Virus record (IMG/VR): IMGVR_UViG_3300019487_000319
DNA: 64,000 nt
Strand: one strand, 5' to 3'
Source of the DNA: a virus
The notes under the pieces are model-generated. The model was not told where the DNA came from. It made no database searches and saw only the letters and a program-made list of their open reading frames with translations. Position numbers and translations under genes: made by a program. This document shows positions 34,077 to 44,559 of the stretch, one piece after another; position 1 is the stretch's first letter, and every line of letters starts with the position of its first letter.

Positions 34077-36683
34077 TTACAAGAGTCTGGTCTTTATGTA
34101 TTTGGTCAACGGAAGAAGCCCGGCTTGAATGGTCGTTTTCCATTCTCCACTCTGTAATCCATGAGTTACATTTACAACTCGAAAGATAATATTTTCTTCA
34201 CTGTATGGTTGTGGTAGGTTTCTAACTAAAAAGTATTGAAATGTTCTTATTCCGCCAATTCCCGAAATAGTCAGTTCTAAAGTTATGCCGGGTTGTATTC
34301 CGCAGTATCGTTGATTCTTTTCTTCATTACCATCATCAAATGTTGACCGAAGAAGTTTTTGTTGACCTGATGGAAGAACGAGTTTTATAATTTCTCCATT
34401 ATCGAGAGTCATTTGTAGGGTGTCAATACTGTTGTCGTTGATAGTGTGTAGTCCCTTTATTATATCTCTCATTTGTTCTTTGGCATATTTTTCTTGTTCT
34501 GCATCTGTTCCAGCGCCGTTTCTTGGTTTTAGGTCTTGTGCAAACACCAAATCTTTGAATTGATAGTTTAGTAAATCCTCTTTATCAGTCAATGAAGCCT
34601 TGGAGCCTGAATTATTAGAACCACCGTATATCGCTCTCGTGGCTTGGGCATCGGATAATTGTGGTCTAAATTTCAAAGACTCAATAAAGCTGTCGGCATC
34701 ATAATAATCAAACGTATAAACCTTGTTCTCAATAGTCTTATTATTTAAGTTAATATAATTCTTATCTACAATGGTCATCTGACCTTCGGCTTCTATCAAG
34801 GATAAATCCCAAAATCCATCAACCGACTTCATCAACAAATCAAGTATTTTTGTATAAATGTCTTGATAGGTTTTTACCGATTCATCATCTATTATATTTT
34901 TAAACGATTGAAAACTTATATAAACGTTTGTTAGCAGTCCGGAATAATCCTTTTCCACAATTTGATTATTATACAAACGTCTTTCCGTTTTTGCTGGAAA
35001 ACTAAATGACCTATTTCTGTCTTCTTCATTAGCTGATGTTCCACCCAAAATGTATCTATTTACATTTATTACGTCATCCAAATTTATTCGGAAACATTTA
35101 TTTTCAGGTGTTTGATAATAAACTTGTCGAATTTTTTCGTCGGCCGGAGATAAGTTAGTTATAGCTTTTCTTTTTGCTAATTGATACTGTTTGTAATATT
35201 CGTTATTTTGTTGTGGATTTTTGATTGCATCATTACCACTGTATTTTGTTAACCCCTGTGTTCCCATGTGGTATTTTGGTGCCTGATAGTTAGGAATCAA
35301 AACATTTGGGTCACAGGAAATCATGTTTGGATGACCACCTATAATTGATGTGGTTATATCCACTTTAAATGGAGGGATGTCTCCTGTTCCAGGAAGATAG
35401 GAAAAATAGTTCAATATATCAACTATCAATCCCATGTTTATCCATAACTTACTTAGGTCTTTTGTTTCTGTGGCGTCAAAATCATATTTCTGTGGGTCGC
35501 CTAAACTTTGTGCTTGTGGAGTCAAGAAATTTGCATACTCACCCTTTTCCCTACCAGTGAATATCCCTCGAATATAAGACATCTTAGCATCCTTTAAGAA
35601 ATTAACCTTCTCTCTTAATCTTTCTTTCTTTTGGGTGTCAGTTTCGCCTGGTAAATTTGAAAACTGTGATAAATCTCCCTTTTCCAAAGCAAATAAATCA
35701 GCCAATATAGAAGCAAATGGTCTTTTTGATGTTCCTGAATAATTAGCAAAGAAATTCGTTATAGAATTTCGGTCGTTAATATTAATATTCTTTAACAGTT
35801 TGAAATTAGTGAACATACTTGATTGTTTCTCTTCAAGGTTCACAAATGTCTTTATTCCTTGTAATATTCCTGGTCCCTCTTTATCTCCCGGTGTTGTGGA
35901 ATTGATTATTAATGCACTATTCTTTGTGAGGCCGGAATAGAGTTTGTCTTTGGATGTTATTTCCGTGGAACAGATAATCTTACTTCCTTCGACCGTCCAA
36001 TTAAAATTAGTAACAATTCCATATACAACTTCATAATTACCTTTTGATAAGATAGAACTATTATATAGGTCTGTTGTATCCTGAAATAATCGTTTCATGT
36101 TGGAAAGATCTTTTATATCCACCAATGAAATTGGATTAAAATGATTCCATCCAAACTCTAATAGAATTGTTATTCCAGGCACCAAAAAATATGGAGTAAG
36201 ATACTCTAGTTGTTTAGGGGAAAAACAAACCCACTCCACTGTTGCACGTCTGAATAGTTCTTTTTGAACAGTTACGTCTATTTTGGAAATTTCGGGGGTT
36301 CCGGTGTGAATAGGGTAATCACTGTTTCTAATATCTTGGTCTAGGGTATGTGGAGAACCGTCTGGTTGATACCCTATTATTTGTCTGTATTTACTATTTC
36401 CTCCATTTGGAATAAAGCCGTACGTTTGGTCATATCCTTTTCCACCAAACAATACAAAACGAGGTTTGTTCTTACTTAAAGACCCTTCACTATTTGAACA
36501 CATTCTGGCCCAAGAAACCATTGGCCCTTTATATTTTGACCAGTCTCCGGTTGCTAAATCCCATCCGCCTGCAGTATCATTTTTTACATAATTCAGTCCC
36601 CTACTCAATTTTCGTCGATTGAGTTCTTGTTGGATTTCAGTTGGTAAATTATGAGGAATCCAAGGAATGAATGGTATAGGCAT
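34077..36683 (-). CDS. putative tail hub/baseplate structural protein
   Basis: 868-aa ORF in the tail module downstream of the tape measure and LysM genes. Assigned by position only. Confidence 0.5.
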   Translation of the reverse strand: MPIPFIPWIPHNLPTEIQQELNRRKLSRGLNYVKNDTAGGWDLATGDWSKYKGPMVSWARMCSNSEGSLSKNKPRFVLFGGKGYDQTYGFIPNGGNSKYRQIIGYQPDGSPHTLDQDIRNSDYPIHTGTPEISKIDVTVQKELFRRATVEWVCFSPKQLEYLTPYFLVPGITILLEFGWNHFNPISLVDIKDLSNMKRLFQDTTDLYNSSILSKGNYEVVYGIVTNFNWTVEGSKIICSTEITSKDKLYSGLTKNSALIINSTTPGDKEGPGILQGIKTFVNLEEKQSSMFTNFKLLKNININDRNSITNFFANYSGTSKRPFASILADLFALEKGDLSQFSNLPGETDTQKKERLREKVNFLKDAKMSYIRGIFTGREKGEYANFLTPQAQSLGDPQKYDFDATETKDLSKLWINMGLIVDILNYFSYLPGTGDIPPFKVDITTSIIGGHPNMISCDPNVLIPNYQAPKYHMGTQGLTKYSGNDAIKNPQQNNEYYKQYQLAKRKAITNLSPADEKIRQVYYQTPENKCFRINLDDVINVNRYILGGTSANEEDRNRSFSFPAKTERRLYNNQIVEKDYSGLLTNVYISFQSFKNIIDDESVKTYQDIYTKILDLLMKSVDGFWDLSLIEAEGQMTIVDKNYINLNNKTIENKVYTFDYYDADSFIESLKFRPQLSDAQATRAIYGGSNNSGSKASLTDKEDLLNYQFKDLVFAQDLKPRNGAGTDAEQEKYAKEQMRDIIKGLHTINDNSIDTLQMTLDNGEIIKLVLPSGQQKLLRSTFDDGNEEKNQRYCGIQPGITLELTISGIGGIRTFQYFLVRNLPQPYSEENIIFRVVNVTHGLQSGEWKTTIQAGLLPLTKYIKTRLL

Positions 36684-36684
36684 A

Positions 36685-37437
36685 TTACACCCACTCCTTT
36701 CCAGAAATGACTTCTACAAATTTACCGAATTTTTCTTTGTATCTTATAAACATCATAGGCTTAATTTTTTCAATAATTCTTTGTTGTCTCACTTCGTCTC
36801 GTTTTTTAATCGACAAGACTTCGTGTTTTGGTTCGTCATACTCAAATATAATGTTTCTTTCTTTATCATAACCATCTACAAAATATCCATATATTTCTAT
36901 TTCTCCACCGTTCATTGCGTGTTGAAGATTCCATCCTTTTTCTTTATTTATATTATCTATGAATCCACAAGCAATTGGATTATAATTTTTTTGTGATGGT
37001 AATAATCTTTTATTTTGTAAATCTTTAATTGTGGCAAGTCTGAGTTTATATTTTGTTTCTTCTGTGTGATGTTTTCCCCTCATAAATGATACTTTTCCAA
37101 ACATCGGATTGTTTTTTCCCATTTTTTGTAATGATAATTTTCTTTTTACTTCATCATTTCTTTTCGTTCCTTTTTTTGCACAAGAATTACACCTTACATC
37201 TCTATATTTCATGGCACTATTCCTCGATACGTATGTCATTATATCGTTACAAGAAGGACATCTTTTACACCAATTTTCATTTAAAAAGAAAATGAAATCC
37301 ACCATTTTTCTTTGTTTTTTACCTCTACATTTATAACATAAAGAATTCTCGATAATAGCTTTATTTAAAGATAATTTACAAGAATAAATTTGTTCTTTAT
37401 CACACACAGGACATAACTTTTTATATATTAAATTCAT
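36685..37437 (-). CDS. free-standing homing-endonuclease-like gene (Zn ribbons + NUMOD3 motifs + C-terminal nuclease-like domain)
   Basis: CPVCDK..CYKCRG and CPSC..CNSC, GKNNPMFGKVSFMRGKHHTEETKYKL (two NUMOD3-like repeats), and IYGYFVDGYDKERNIIFEYDEPKHE. It is wedged between tail genes with 1-4 nt junctions. Confidence 0.55.
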   Translation of the reverse strand: MNLIYKKLCPVCDKEQIYSCKLSLNKAIIENSLCYKCRGKKQRKMVDFIFFLNENWCKRCPSCNDIMTYVSRNSAMKYRDVRCNSCAKKGTKRNDEVKRKLSLQKMGKNNPMFGKVSFMRGKHHTEETKYKLRLATIKDLQNKRLLPSQKNYNPIACGFIDNINKEKGWNLQHAMNGGEIEIYGYFVDGYDKERNIIFEYDEPKHEVLSIKKRDEVRQQRIIEKIKPMMFIRYKEKFGKFVEVISGKEWV

Positions 37438-37733
37438 GATTTATTTAAATTATGAAATTCTGTTATTATAGATGAAATATTAGTAGGCACACGAAGTTGA
37501 AGACCCGGCTCGATACTCATTCTTCCTTTTCCGATGTTGTTAGCTAAAGCAATTACCCACCACAAAGTAGGGTCATTATAAAATTTAAAAGCCAATGTAT
37601 CAAGATAATCTGCTTCTCCCGATATCAATATAATATCCGACTCTTGTGGAGTTATGACAGGGTATTCTGTGGTTTTATATACCCTTTTCCCATCAAATCG
37701 TTTTTCTACTTGAGTTGATTCGTAACGTTTCAT
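37434..37733 (-). CDS. LysM-like tail protein (P2 gpX-like position)
   Basis: 99 aa. DYLDTLAFKFYNDPTLWWVIALANNI...IEPGLQLRVP resembles a LysM motif. It follows the tape-measure-proximal gene. Confidence 0.55.
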   Translation of the reverse strand: MKRYESTQVEKRFDGKRVYKTTEYPVITPQESDIILISGEADYLDTLAFKFYNDPTLWWVIALANNIGKGRMSIEPGLQLRVPTNISSIITEFHNLNKS

Positions 37734-37735
37734 GA

Positions 37736-40090
37736 TTATATTATTGACTTACCGGCCTTTGCTCCGGATGTAGTTGGAAGTTTAGTTGGGTCTTGTGAAT
37801 CTTGAGCAGGAAGTCCTGGTTCTTCTCCTGCCGGACTACGATTAACATCTACATCAGAACTAGGATTTGATTCTTCGACGTTAATTCTCTTGGATACATC
37901 CAATGTGGTTCCTGTGTCTCCATTATACTCCACCATATTTTTATGAAATTCCGTTGGCTCTGGTAAGAAAGGAGTATTTTTATCTGATGGAATAAACACA
38001 TTGTTTATATAATCATCCGTGAATGGAGCGTGACCAAAGTTTGCATTACCCACTATTGCACGATCTTTTTCTAAGACATCACATGTTACAGCAATTTCCA
38101 CTTCCCTAGGAAGTTGTGCGTAGTTTTTTCCAACCATCTTCGACCTTATAGATTTATTTAAATAATTCCATTCCTCTAATGGATTATTGATTTCATTCAT
38201 CGTTTCCCACGAAGCATCGTCTGGTATGTTTATGTTTACACTCTTTAATACAATCGGTTGAAATTTGTATAAATCACCAATCGTTACCATGAACATTGGA
38301 GGAACAATAAATCTATTGAATGCGTCCGGTCCTCCTTTTTTAGTGTAATTGGATGGTTTTACTGCACCAGCCATATAATTGATTTTTCTCCAAGTAGGAA
38401 GAAGTTCCTTAATACTATTAACAACCACATTAAATGTAAATGATAGGGTTCTGCTATATCCACTGTATGTATAAACTTGATCGGCACGGCCAATAAATCT
38501 TAATTCATCCCAAAATGCTGTACCACCTTCCGATATACCCTTGACGGTTGCTCTAAACGGAATGTATTTTTCATTAACAATATCATAAAAATAAAATGCA
38601 ATAATGTCATCGTGATATGGTTTCCACTCAGTCCACCCAGCGAAATCATCCAAAGGTATTTTTTCTTTGGATTGCCCATTGTTGGAAAGTATTCTGTCTT
38701 TTCCTATTACGGATATTCTATTTAATCCATCCGATTTATTTGTTGTTGAAAACTTTTGATTAAACGCTGTTAAATTATTTTCCAAAGTCCTAGTATGAGA
38801 AAAATACTCTCGTTGATATCCTTGGTTCGAACCAATTTTGTTATATCCCATACTTGTAGGGTCAGTATTAGGTAATGATATTGCCCTACTTCCTTGATTA
38901 ATTACTGTTTCGTATCTGGCATACTTTAATCCATCTATAACGTCTTTTAATGTTTGATTAATCTTCTTGACTGCATCTATTTTTGGATTATCCATCTTGG
39001 TTTCCCAAAATCGATTATTTGGTCCTGGCCTTTCAGAAGAATATCTGGAATAATTAACTAGAATGTCAGAATTTGTAAATTCTCCATCATCTACCCTCTT
39101 TACATACTGTGCATATTTTGTTAGTTCACTCGTAAGGTCGTATCCTGTATTTGAACCCTTTACGGTGACTCCGGTGAATCCTATATTTATAGGAATAACG
39201 GCCCATACTCCACCGGCCATAGGTATAAGTTTGGAACGATTAGTCACGTTTTGATTGTTTGATGCGAACCAAGATTGAATCAATGGTATTCTATTAGATT
39301 GAACCATTAATTCATAGGCTTTTTCATCGGCTCTAAATTGATTTGATGGTGGAATTAAATTGGTTGTAGCAAATAAGGATTTCATTGCATTCTTCATTGA
39401 CTCGAATAGGTTTTGAATTCCTCTACCTGATACTGTTTTTGGCCAACTGGTTTGTAATTTATAATATGCCTGTCCTGCATTTGGCGATCTAATTAATCCT
39501 CTTCCACCCGTGACGGCCTCTCTTGATAAAGCATTCACACCAACCGTAGATAATGGTGTTCCGGTTGTTCCGGTTAATAAACCAACAACATCTATGTGTC
39601 TAGTAACTCTTGGTGCCAACCCTAAAGTAGCCGGTTGGCCGACGGATAACATTACAGACAATGGATTGTAAATTCTCGTTTCTGGATAAGGTTGTAATAA
39701 TTGTAATGCTCCTTGTTTAACATAAAACATTACACCATCCGGAGATATGGAAAACTTACCTATACGAACTAAGTCGTTTAGTGTTGATTGAATTGGGGCC
39801 GCACGAGATTCAATAAATTTAAATGGTCTTGGTAAATCTCCAACGAATGTCCTATTTCCTTCTCCGGGATATTTGTAAATAAATGGTTGTTTATTTGGTA
39901 GAAAATTCAACAAAGAATCATGATCTGTATATGGAGAAAATTTACGATATAGATTTTCTGAATTTGCATTAAATAATAAACTAATTTTTCCCGGTTGTGG
40001 CCCTAATGGATAATTAGGGGGTACATTTTGTACAAGCGGAGGGAATCCCTGTAATGGGGCTATCGCATCTATTCTGTTATTATCTGCCAT
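37736..40090 (-). CDS. putative tail/baseplate structural protein
   Basis: 784-aa ORF immediately downstream of the tape measure gene. Assigned by position only. Confidence 0.5.
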   Translation of the reverse strand: MADNNRIDAIAPLQGFPPLVQNVPPNYPLGPQPGKISLLFNANSENLYRKFSPYTDHDSLLNFLPNKQPFIYKYPGEGNRTFVGDLPRPFKFIESRAAPIQSTLNDLVRIGKFSISPDGVMFYVKQGALQLLQPYPETRIYNPLSVMLSVGQPATLGLAPRVTRHIDVVGLLTGTTGTPLSTVGVNALSREAVTGGRGLIRSPNAGQAYYKLQTSWPKTVSGRGIQNLFESMKNAMKSLFATTNLIPPSNQFRADEKAYELMVQSNRIPLIQSWFASNNQNVTNRSKLIPMAGGVWAVIPINIGFTGVTVKGSNTGYDLTSELTKYAQYVKRVDDGEFTNSDILVNYSRYSSERPGPNNRFWETKMDNPKIDAVKKINQTLKDVIDGLKYARYETVINQGSRAISLPNTDPTSMGYNKIGSNQGYQREYFSHTRTLENNLTAFNQKFSTTNKSDGLNRISVIGKDRILSNNGQSKEKIPLDDFAGWTEWKPYHDDIIAFYFYDIVNEKYIPFRATVKGISEGGTAFWDELRFIGRADQVYTYSGYSRTLSFTFNVVVNSIKELLPTWRKINYMAGAVKPSNYTKKGGPDAFNRFIVPPMFMVTIGDLYKFQPIVLKSVNINIPDDASWETMNEINNPLEEWNYLNKSIRSKMVGKNYAQLPREVEIAVTCDVLEKDRAIVGNANFGHAPFTDDYINNVFIPSDKNTPFLPEPTEFHKNMVEYNGDTGTTLDVSKRINVEESNPSSDVDVNRSPAGEEPGLPAQDSQDPTKLPTTSGAKAGKSII

Positions 40091-40099
40091 ATTCTATAA

Positions 40100-42481
40100 T
40101 TACGTTATACGAGGATTATTGACCCCATATCCATTCTTAAATTTAGTAGTTCGGTCTGTCTGAGAAGATAACAATTGACTATCCAAGTAAACAACGGAAG
40201 AAATTCCTCCATTCAACATATCTTTTCTCAAAGCACAGATTTCATCGTATATTAATTTAAATGTATCTGGCTGTTCGGATTTGTTGTTTCTTACACCTTC
40301 TGTAGAAGCATTGTTGAATCCTACTGATATATCCCTTAGTTTATCAAATTTTACATCAGGAATAGAATTTATAGCAATAGCCAAATCCTTTAACGCACTT
40401 GTTAAACTGACTACTTGAATTATTGTTCCTGCCAAACTTAAAGATTGAAGGTCTTTGAAACCGTTGACTACAATTTGAAATCCGTTAGCAAAATTTTGTA
40501 TTGCCTTAGATGCAATCCACATTGCTGCTGAAAATGGAATTAATGATGCACCTAATGCTGCAATAGCCAATGCTCCCAATCCTATTAATGGAAGAATTGG
40601 TCCAAGAACTGCGGCACCAATAGCCAATGCAGTTATACCGGCCGCGGCTATAAAGAATGTCTTCCATTCTACTCCATTCATCAATTTCATAGCAAAAGCA
40701 AATGGAATCAATGCAGCACTAAGAGCTAATACACTAAACACACCACGTAATACCGATGGATTCCCCATTGCTTTTAATCCACTAGCAGTTCCTTGTAGGA
40801 ATCCTCCCAATCCTTTACCTATACCGGCACCTATACCAGCAAAGAATTTTCCTAATCCAAAAAATATTGCTGCAAGTCCTCCCACTAAAACTATACCAGC
40901 GGCAATTCCAGCTACCCATTTATTCGTATTTAAGTTTATCCAATTTAGGGTATTAGCTATCCCTCCCAATACAGTATCAATAATAGGAAGAAATATTTCT
41001 GCAACTCTTTGAGTTAGTGCTTTCCATGATTGTTGAATCGATTCAATTCTAGCACTATTGTTTTTTATCATTAACGTATGTTTTTCACTCTTAGCTTCAA
41101 GTTCTGCACGCTTTGCTGTAGCTCGTGTTAGGTCTTCGTAAATTTTAAGTTGTTTTCTTATCTCCGGGTCTGAAGACTGACGTATTTTTTGCATTTCTCT
41201 ATCAGCTTGAAGTATTCTACCAACTTCATCGGCTGATTTACCCAATGCTTCAGCAACGGCACGTTGTTGGAATGGATCTAATTGTTCAAAACTTGTTTCT
41301 TTTGCAATTCGAAGTATTTCAGAATTCAATCCTTTTATATCTTTTCTGTATGCTAACTCTCTCGCAGTTTGTAAATTAATACTTTGTCCAAGTAATACAC
41401 TGGCTTCCATTTCACTTCTTACAGAAGATGTAAAATCAATTAATTTTTCTGCTGAGCTTGCCGCCGAACTTAAACTCGTTCCCAATCTTTTTGCTTCTAC
41501 AGCAGCTTTAGCTATCTCAATTGGGGAACGAGACATGAATGCAAAATGTGATTTCGTTGCACTTGAAATGTCTTTCATTACATCGTCAAGATTGGTTCCA
41601 GCTGCTCTTGATAATCTAGCAGTGAATAACAACATGTTCTCTTGCATCTTGGATGTACTTCCAGCAACGGAAGACATGTTCTTTAAAAATTCGGCAGAAG
41701 ATGCCGATGTGATACCCAATTGTTGACTCATCAACGACATGGTTTCACTTACACTCTTACTGGATACAAGGGTTGTTCCGAACGCATCGGCCATAGCCTG
41801 AACAGATTCATAAACATTTCTAGCAGTCACTCCTACAGCACCGAGGGTAAAGTGTATATCTCTTGTATCCTTATCTATGATTCCAGTAAACTCTCTGGTT
41901 ATACCCATACTTTTTCTGAAATCAGCTGCAGCTTTATCTATTTCATTAAATACATCCAGAATAAATTTAAACAATGAAACCGCTAGGGTTATACCAACTA
42001 AAATTGGTCCACCCTTACTCCACAACCTAGAATACTCAGAGAAAGATTCTTTTAACTTAGAAAACCCTAAAGCATCAGCGACATATCCCCTTGAACGTTC
42101 AGCGGAAAGTTTGGCGTATTCTTGTGACATCGATTTAATCGTGTCTCGATGATCCATTAACGCATTAAGTTGTCTCGTTAATTCATTAGATTCTGCGGCA
42201 GTTAGTGCCCTACCCATTGTTCTTAATTGATGAATTCTTTGGTGGGCTTCCATCGATGCCCTCAATCGTTCCTGAATATTGATTTCAATAGCTGATAATT
42301 TTTGTTGTGTGGTGAGTTGTTCTTCTTGGATGGATTTAATGATACCTTGTTCTACACCATGCATCTTTAAGAACCTACTTTGAATTTCTAAGGAACGTTC
42401 GATATTCTTGAAATTCTGTAATACATTGAGACTGGCATCTTGATAAGCCTCTAATGTTTTTTTGTCTAGGTTTTCCGGCAT
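40100..42481 (-). CDS. tail tape measure protein
   Basis: 793 aa. Long coiled-coil segments and a central Gly/Ala-rich multi-pass hydrophobic region (GIAAGIVLVGGLAAIFFGLGKFFAGIGAGIGKGLGG...). It lies between the chaperone-like ORFs and the baseplate genes. Confidence 0.75.
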   Translation of the reverse strand: MPENLDKKTLEAYQDASLNVLQNFKNIERSLEIQSRFLKMHGVEQGIIKSIQEEQLTTQQKLSAIEINIQERLRASMEAHQRIHQLRTMGRALTAAESNELTRQLNALMDHRDTIKSMSQEYAKLSAERSRGYVADALGFSKLKESFSEYSRLWSKGGPILVGITLAVSLFKFILDVFNEIDKAAADFRKSMGITREFTGIIDKDTRDIHFTLGAVGVTARNVYESVQAMADAFGTTLVSSKSVSETMSLMSQQLGITSASSAEFLKNMSSVAGSTSKMQENMLLFTARLSRAAGTNLDDVMKDISSATKSHFAFMSRSPIEIAKAAVEAKRLGTSLSSAASSAEKLIDFTSSVRSEMEASVLLGQSINLQTARELAYRKDIKGLNSEILRIAKETSFEQLDPFQQRAVAEALGKSADEVGRILQADREMQKIRQSSDPEIRKQLKIYEDLTRATAKRAELEAKSEKHTLMIKNNSARIESIQQSWKALTQRVAEIFLPIIDTVLGGIANTLNWINLNTNKWVAGIAAGIVLVGGLAAIFFGLGKFFAGIGAGIGKGLGGFLQGTASGLKAMGNPSVLRGVFSVLALSAALIPFAFAMKLMNGVEWKTFFIAAAGITALAIGAAVLGPILPLIGLGALAIAALGASLIPFSAAMWIASKAIQNFANGFQIVVNGFKDLQSLSLAGTIIQVVSLTSALKDLAIAINSIPDVKFDKLRDISVGFNNASTEGVRNNKSEQPDTFKLIYDEICALRKDMLNGGISSVVYLDSQLLSSQTDRTTKFKNGYGVNNPRIT

Positions 42482-42524
42482 AAATCACTATATTACTATT
42501 ATAAATAGTGTCTATGTCTGTCTT

Positions 42525-42734
42525 TTAGAACGGTTTTGCGATAACTTTTTTTGGCTTTTTATCATCGGGTTGTGCTTCTTTTTCTTTTTTCATTTGTTCT
42601 AACAACCATTTTGTATAAAAAAATCTTAATGGGACAGGTAGTGCATATACTTCATCATGAGTAAATGCACCATTTGAATGATATGCTAAAGAAATAATGT
42701 CCGAATGAATTCGGACTTTATCTTCAGGTTTCAA
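42525..42734 (-). CDS. small ORF upstream of the tape measure; possible frameshift extension or second tail-assembly-chaperone product
   Basis: It has no ATG (the ORF track starts at a TTG) and no SD. It overlaps the end of 42724-43557 by 11 nt in the +1 frame. Confidence 0.4.
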   Translation of the reverse strand: MKPEDKVRIHSDIISLAYHSNGAFTHDEVYALPVPLRFFYTKWLLEQMKKEKEAQPDDKKPKKVIAKPF

Positions 42735-43557
42735 TGTCAGGCCATAGAAAGGAAGCTCCCAATGGGATATCTATCCTCCTTTCATGGTCGCATCGTTCAC
42801 ATGTAAAATCAAAGGTCAAATCGATATTTGGAATAACTTCTTTCATGTGTTTTCTTAATGCTAAACTATCTTTTGATAAGAAATCTTGTTCAATAAACTT
42901 TCTAATGATTGCCTTGTCGGCATTTCCATCTACCGAAGTTATAACATATTTTAAACGAGTAGTTAAATCGTTATTAGATTCTTTGTTTATTTTCTTTAGA
43001 TTTTTTAATTCTTGTTCTATGGAAAGTTCATCAACTTGATTCAATAACTTGAATGTAAGCTTTTTCTTAGAATGAGGCAATTCATACGAGAATTCATTCA
43101 CTCCTTCTACCACGTTATCAAGGTTTACTTCTTTATTGCCGATTTCACTTAGGTTTATTTTTACTTTGTTTTCCTCTAAGCAATTTGGACATTTTATAGA
43201 AACAGGGTATTCATCTCCATAAGCTAAACGTCTTACTGCAATTAGTATTGCATTTTTATCTTGTGCAAATATTTCAGCAACTTGAACTGCTTTGTCAACC
43301 AATAGAGATTCAATAAGTTTATCTAATACTGTTCCCTTCCTAATTAACTCTTGGTTGGCTAATATATCTTCTTCCTTTGCGGTCATCTGTTTTAATTCAA
43401 TTACACCTGACGATAGTGGATGACCTTTAGGGTATAGTTTTCCCTTTGTAGGAAGTGGAACCATTTCAGTTGGATACTTTGTAACTTCTTTTGTTGGTGT
43501 TGAAACTGGTGGATTCATACCACCTGGCCTTCGTAACGGAATTACTTCATCACTCAT
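42724..43557 (-). CDS. putative tail assembly chaperone-like protein with two CxxC pairs
   Basis: 277 aa with CPNCLEE...CERCDHE. It occupies the gpG/gpE-equivalent position just upstream of the tape measure. Confidence 0.4.
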   Translation of the reverse strand: MSDEVIPLRRPGGMNPPVSTPTKEVTKYPTEMVPLPTKGKLYPKGHPLSSGVIELKQMTAKEEDILANQELIRKGTVLDKLIESLLVDKAVQVAEIFAQDKNAILIAVRRLAYGDEYPVSIKCPNCLEENKVKINLSEIGNKEVNLDNVVEGVNEFSYELPHSKKKLTFKLLNQVDELSIEQELKNLKKINKESNNDLTTRLKYVITSVDGNADKAIIRKFIEQDFLSKDSLALRKHMKEVIPNIDLTFDFTCERCDHERRIDIPLGASFLWPDIET

Positions 43558-43576
43558 AATATTAACCTATCATTCA

Positions 43577-43589
43577 ATTAATATATAGG
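43577..43589 (-). promoter_or_regulatory. conserved box CCTATATATTAAT, 19 nt upstream of the ATG
   Basis: An identical 13-mer is found at 62777-62789, 17 nt upstream of the tail-fibre ATG. Confidence 0.35.
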
Positions 43590-43611
43590 GGAATGTCCAA
43601 ATTTTTCGTTA

Positions 43612-44559
43612 TTATATTTGACCCGAAATCCGTTTGTTTAATTCCTGTCTTTGCTTTTCAAGATCAGGTATAACATCTCTTCTCATTCTCTCTACATCCC
43701 TTTTCTTGTAGTCAAGTTCTTTTTTCTTTGTAGCTAAATCTCTTTCAGTGGCTTGTTTTTCTTTTTGTGCATTAATTTTAGCTTGTGCAGTATCTTTAGC
43801 TCTTTGTTCCGAACTGTAATCAGGTTCATCCAATCCAATCTCTATCCCACTAGGCGTTGCAGATAGCGGAGGATCACCCATTAATTCCAAAATACATTCT
43901 CTTACTAAATTAGTAATGTATTCTTTCATATCAGGTTTAGAGGGCTTAAAATTTACATCTTGTGAAGAAAATTTATCTACCAAGAGTCTAAAAAGGCTTG
44001 GGTCGAACCAACCGAATACCCATTGAAAGAATTTTCTTTTATTGTCTTCGGATTGTGTTTTTGCTCCTAATGCGTTTCTTATATCGGTAGAGTTTACTTC
44101 CTTCCCATCTACCTTAGCATCTTCTACAAAGATGACATATCCATGTTTTCTTCCTACTTCCATGTTGTTTTTATTTGATTCGTAAGGTTGAAAATATGAC
44201 TCTGTTCCCTTGCCTGTTAACCACACTTCTTTTCCGTTTTTTTGTCCAACGGAAATTATAAATCTAGGTTTATCTTTGTTGCTGACAGCAAATACAATTG
44301 CAGCATCAGGATATTTTTGAACAACTTCAACCGGAGAATATCCATTTTTTACTTTGATAACATGACTTGAAGGGATTCCATGTTTTACCCATATTGCTTC
44401 TTTTTCTGCAAAGGATAAAGGAAAATGAGTCGGCTCTACTTTATCCGAAGAAACAATAAATGTATCAGGACCAACCACACTTTTTAATTTGTTATAAATA
44501 GACAAATGTCCTTTATGTGGTGGTTGAAATCGTCCGTTGTATATTCCTATTGTTTTCAT
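43612..44559 (-). CDS. nucleotidyltransferase of the cytidylyltransferase/NMNAT superfamily with a C-terminal coiled-coil extension
   Basis: IGIYNGRFQPPHKGHLSIY is the (H/T)xGH motif in a GxFxPxHxGH context. The C-terminal third is Lys/Glu-rich. Confidence 0.55.
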   Translation of the reverse strand: MKTIGIYNGRFQPPHKGHLSIYNKLKSVVGPDTFIVSSDKVEPTHFPLSFAEKEAIWVKHGIPSSHVIKVKNGYSPVEVVQKYPDAAIVFAVSNKDKPRFIISVGQKNGKEVWLTGKGTESYFQPYESNKNNMEVGRKHGYVIFVEDAKVDGKEVNSTDIRNALGAKTQSEDNKRKFFQWVFGWFDPSLFRLLVDKFSSQDVNFKPSKPDMKEYITNLVRECILELMGDPPLSATPSGIEIGLDEPDYSSEQRAKDTAQAKINAQKEKQATERDLATKKKELDYKKRDVERMRRDVIPDLEKQRQELNKRISGQI

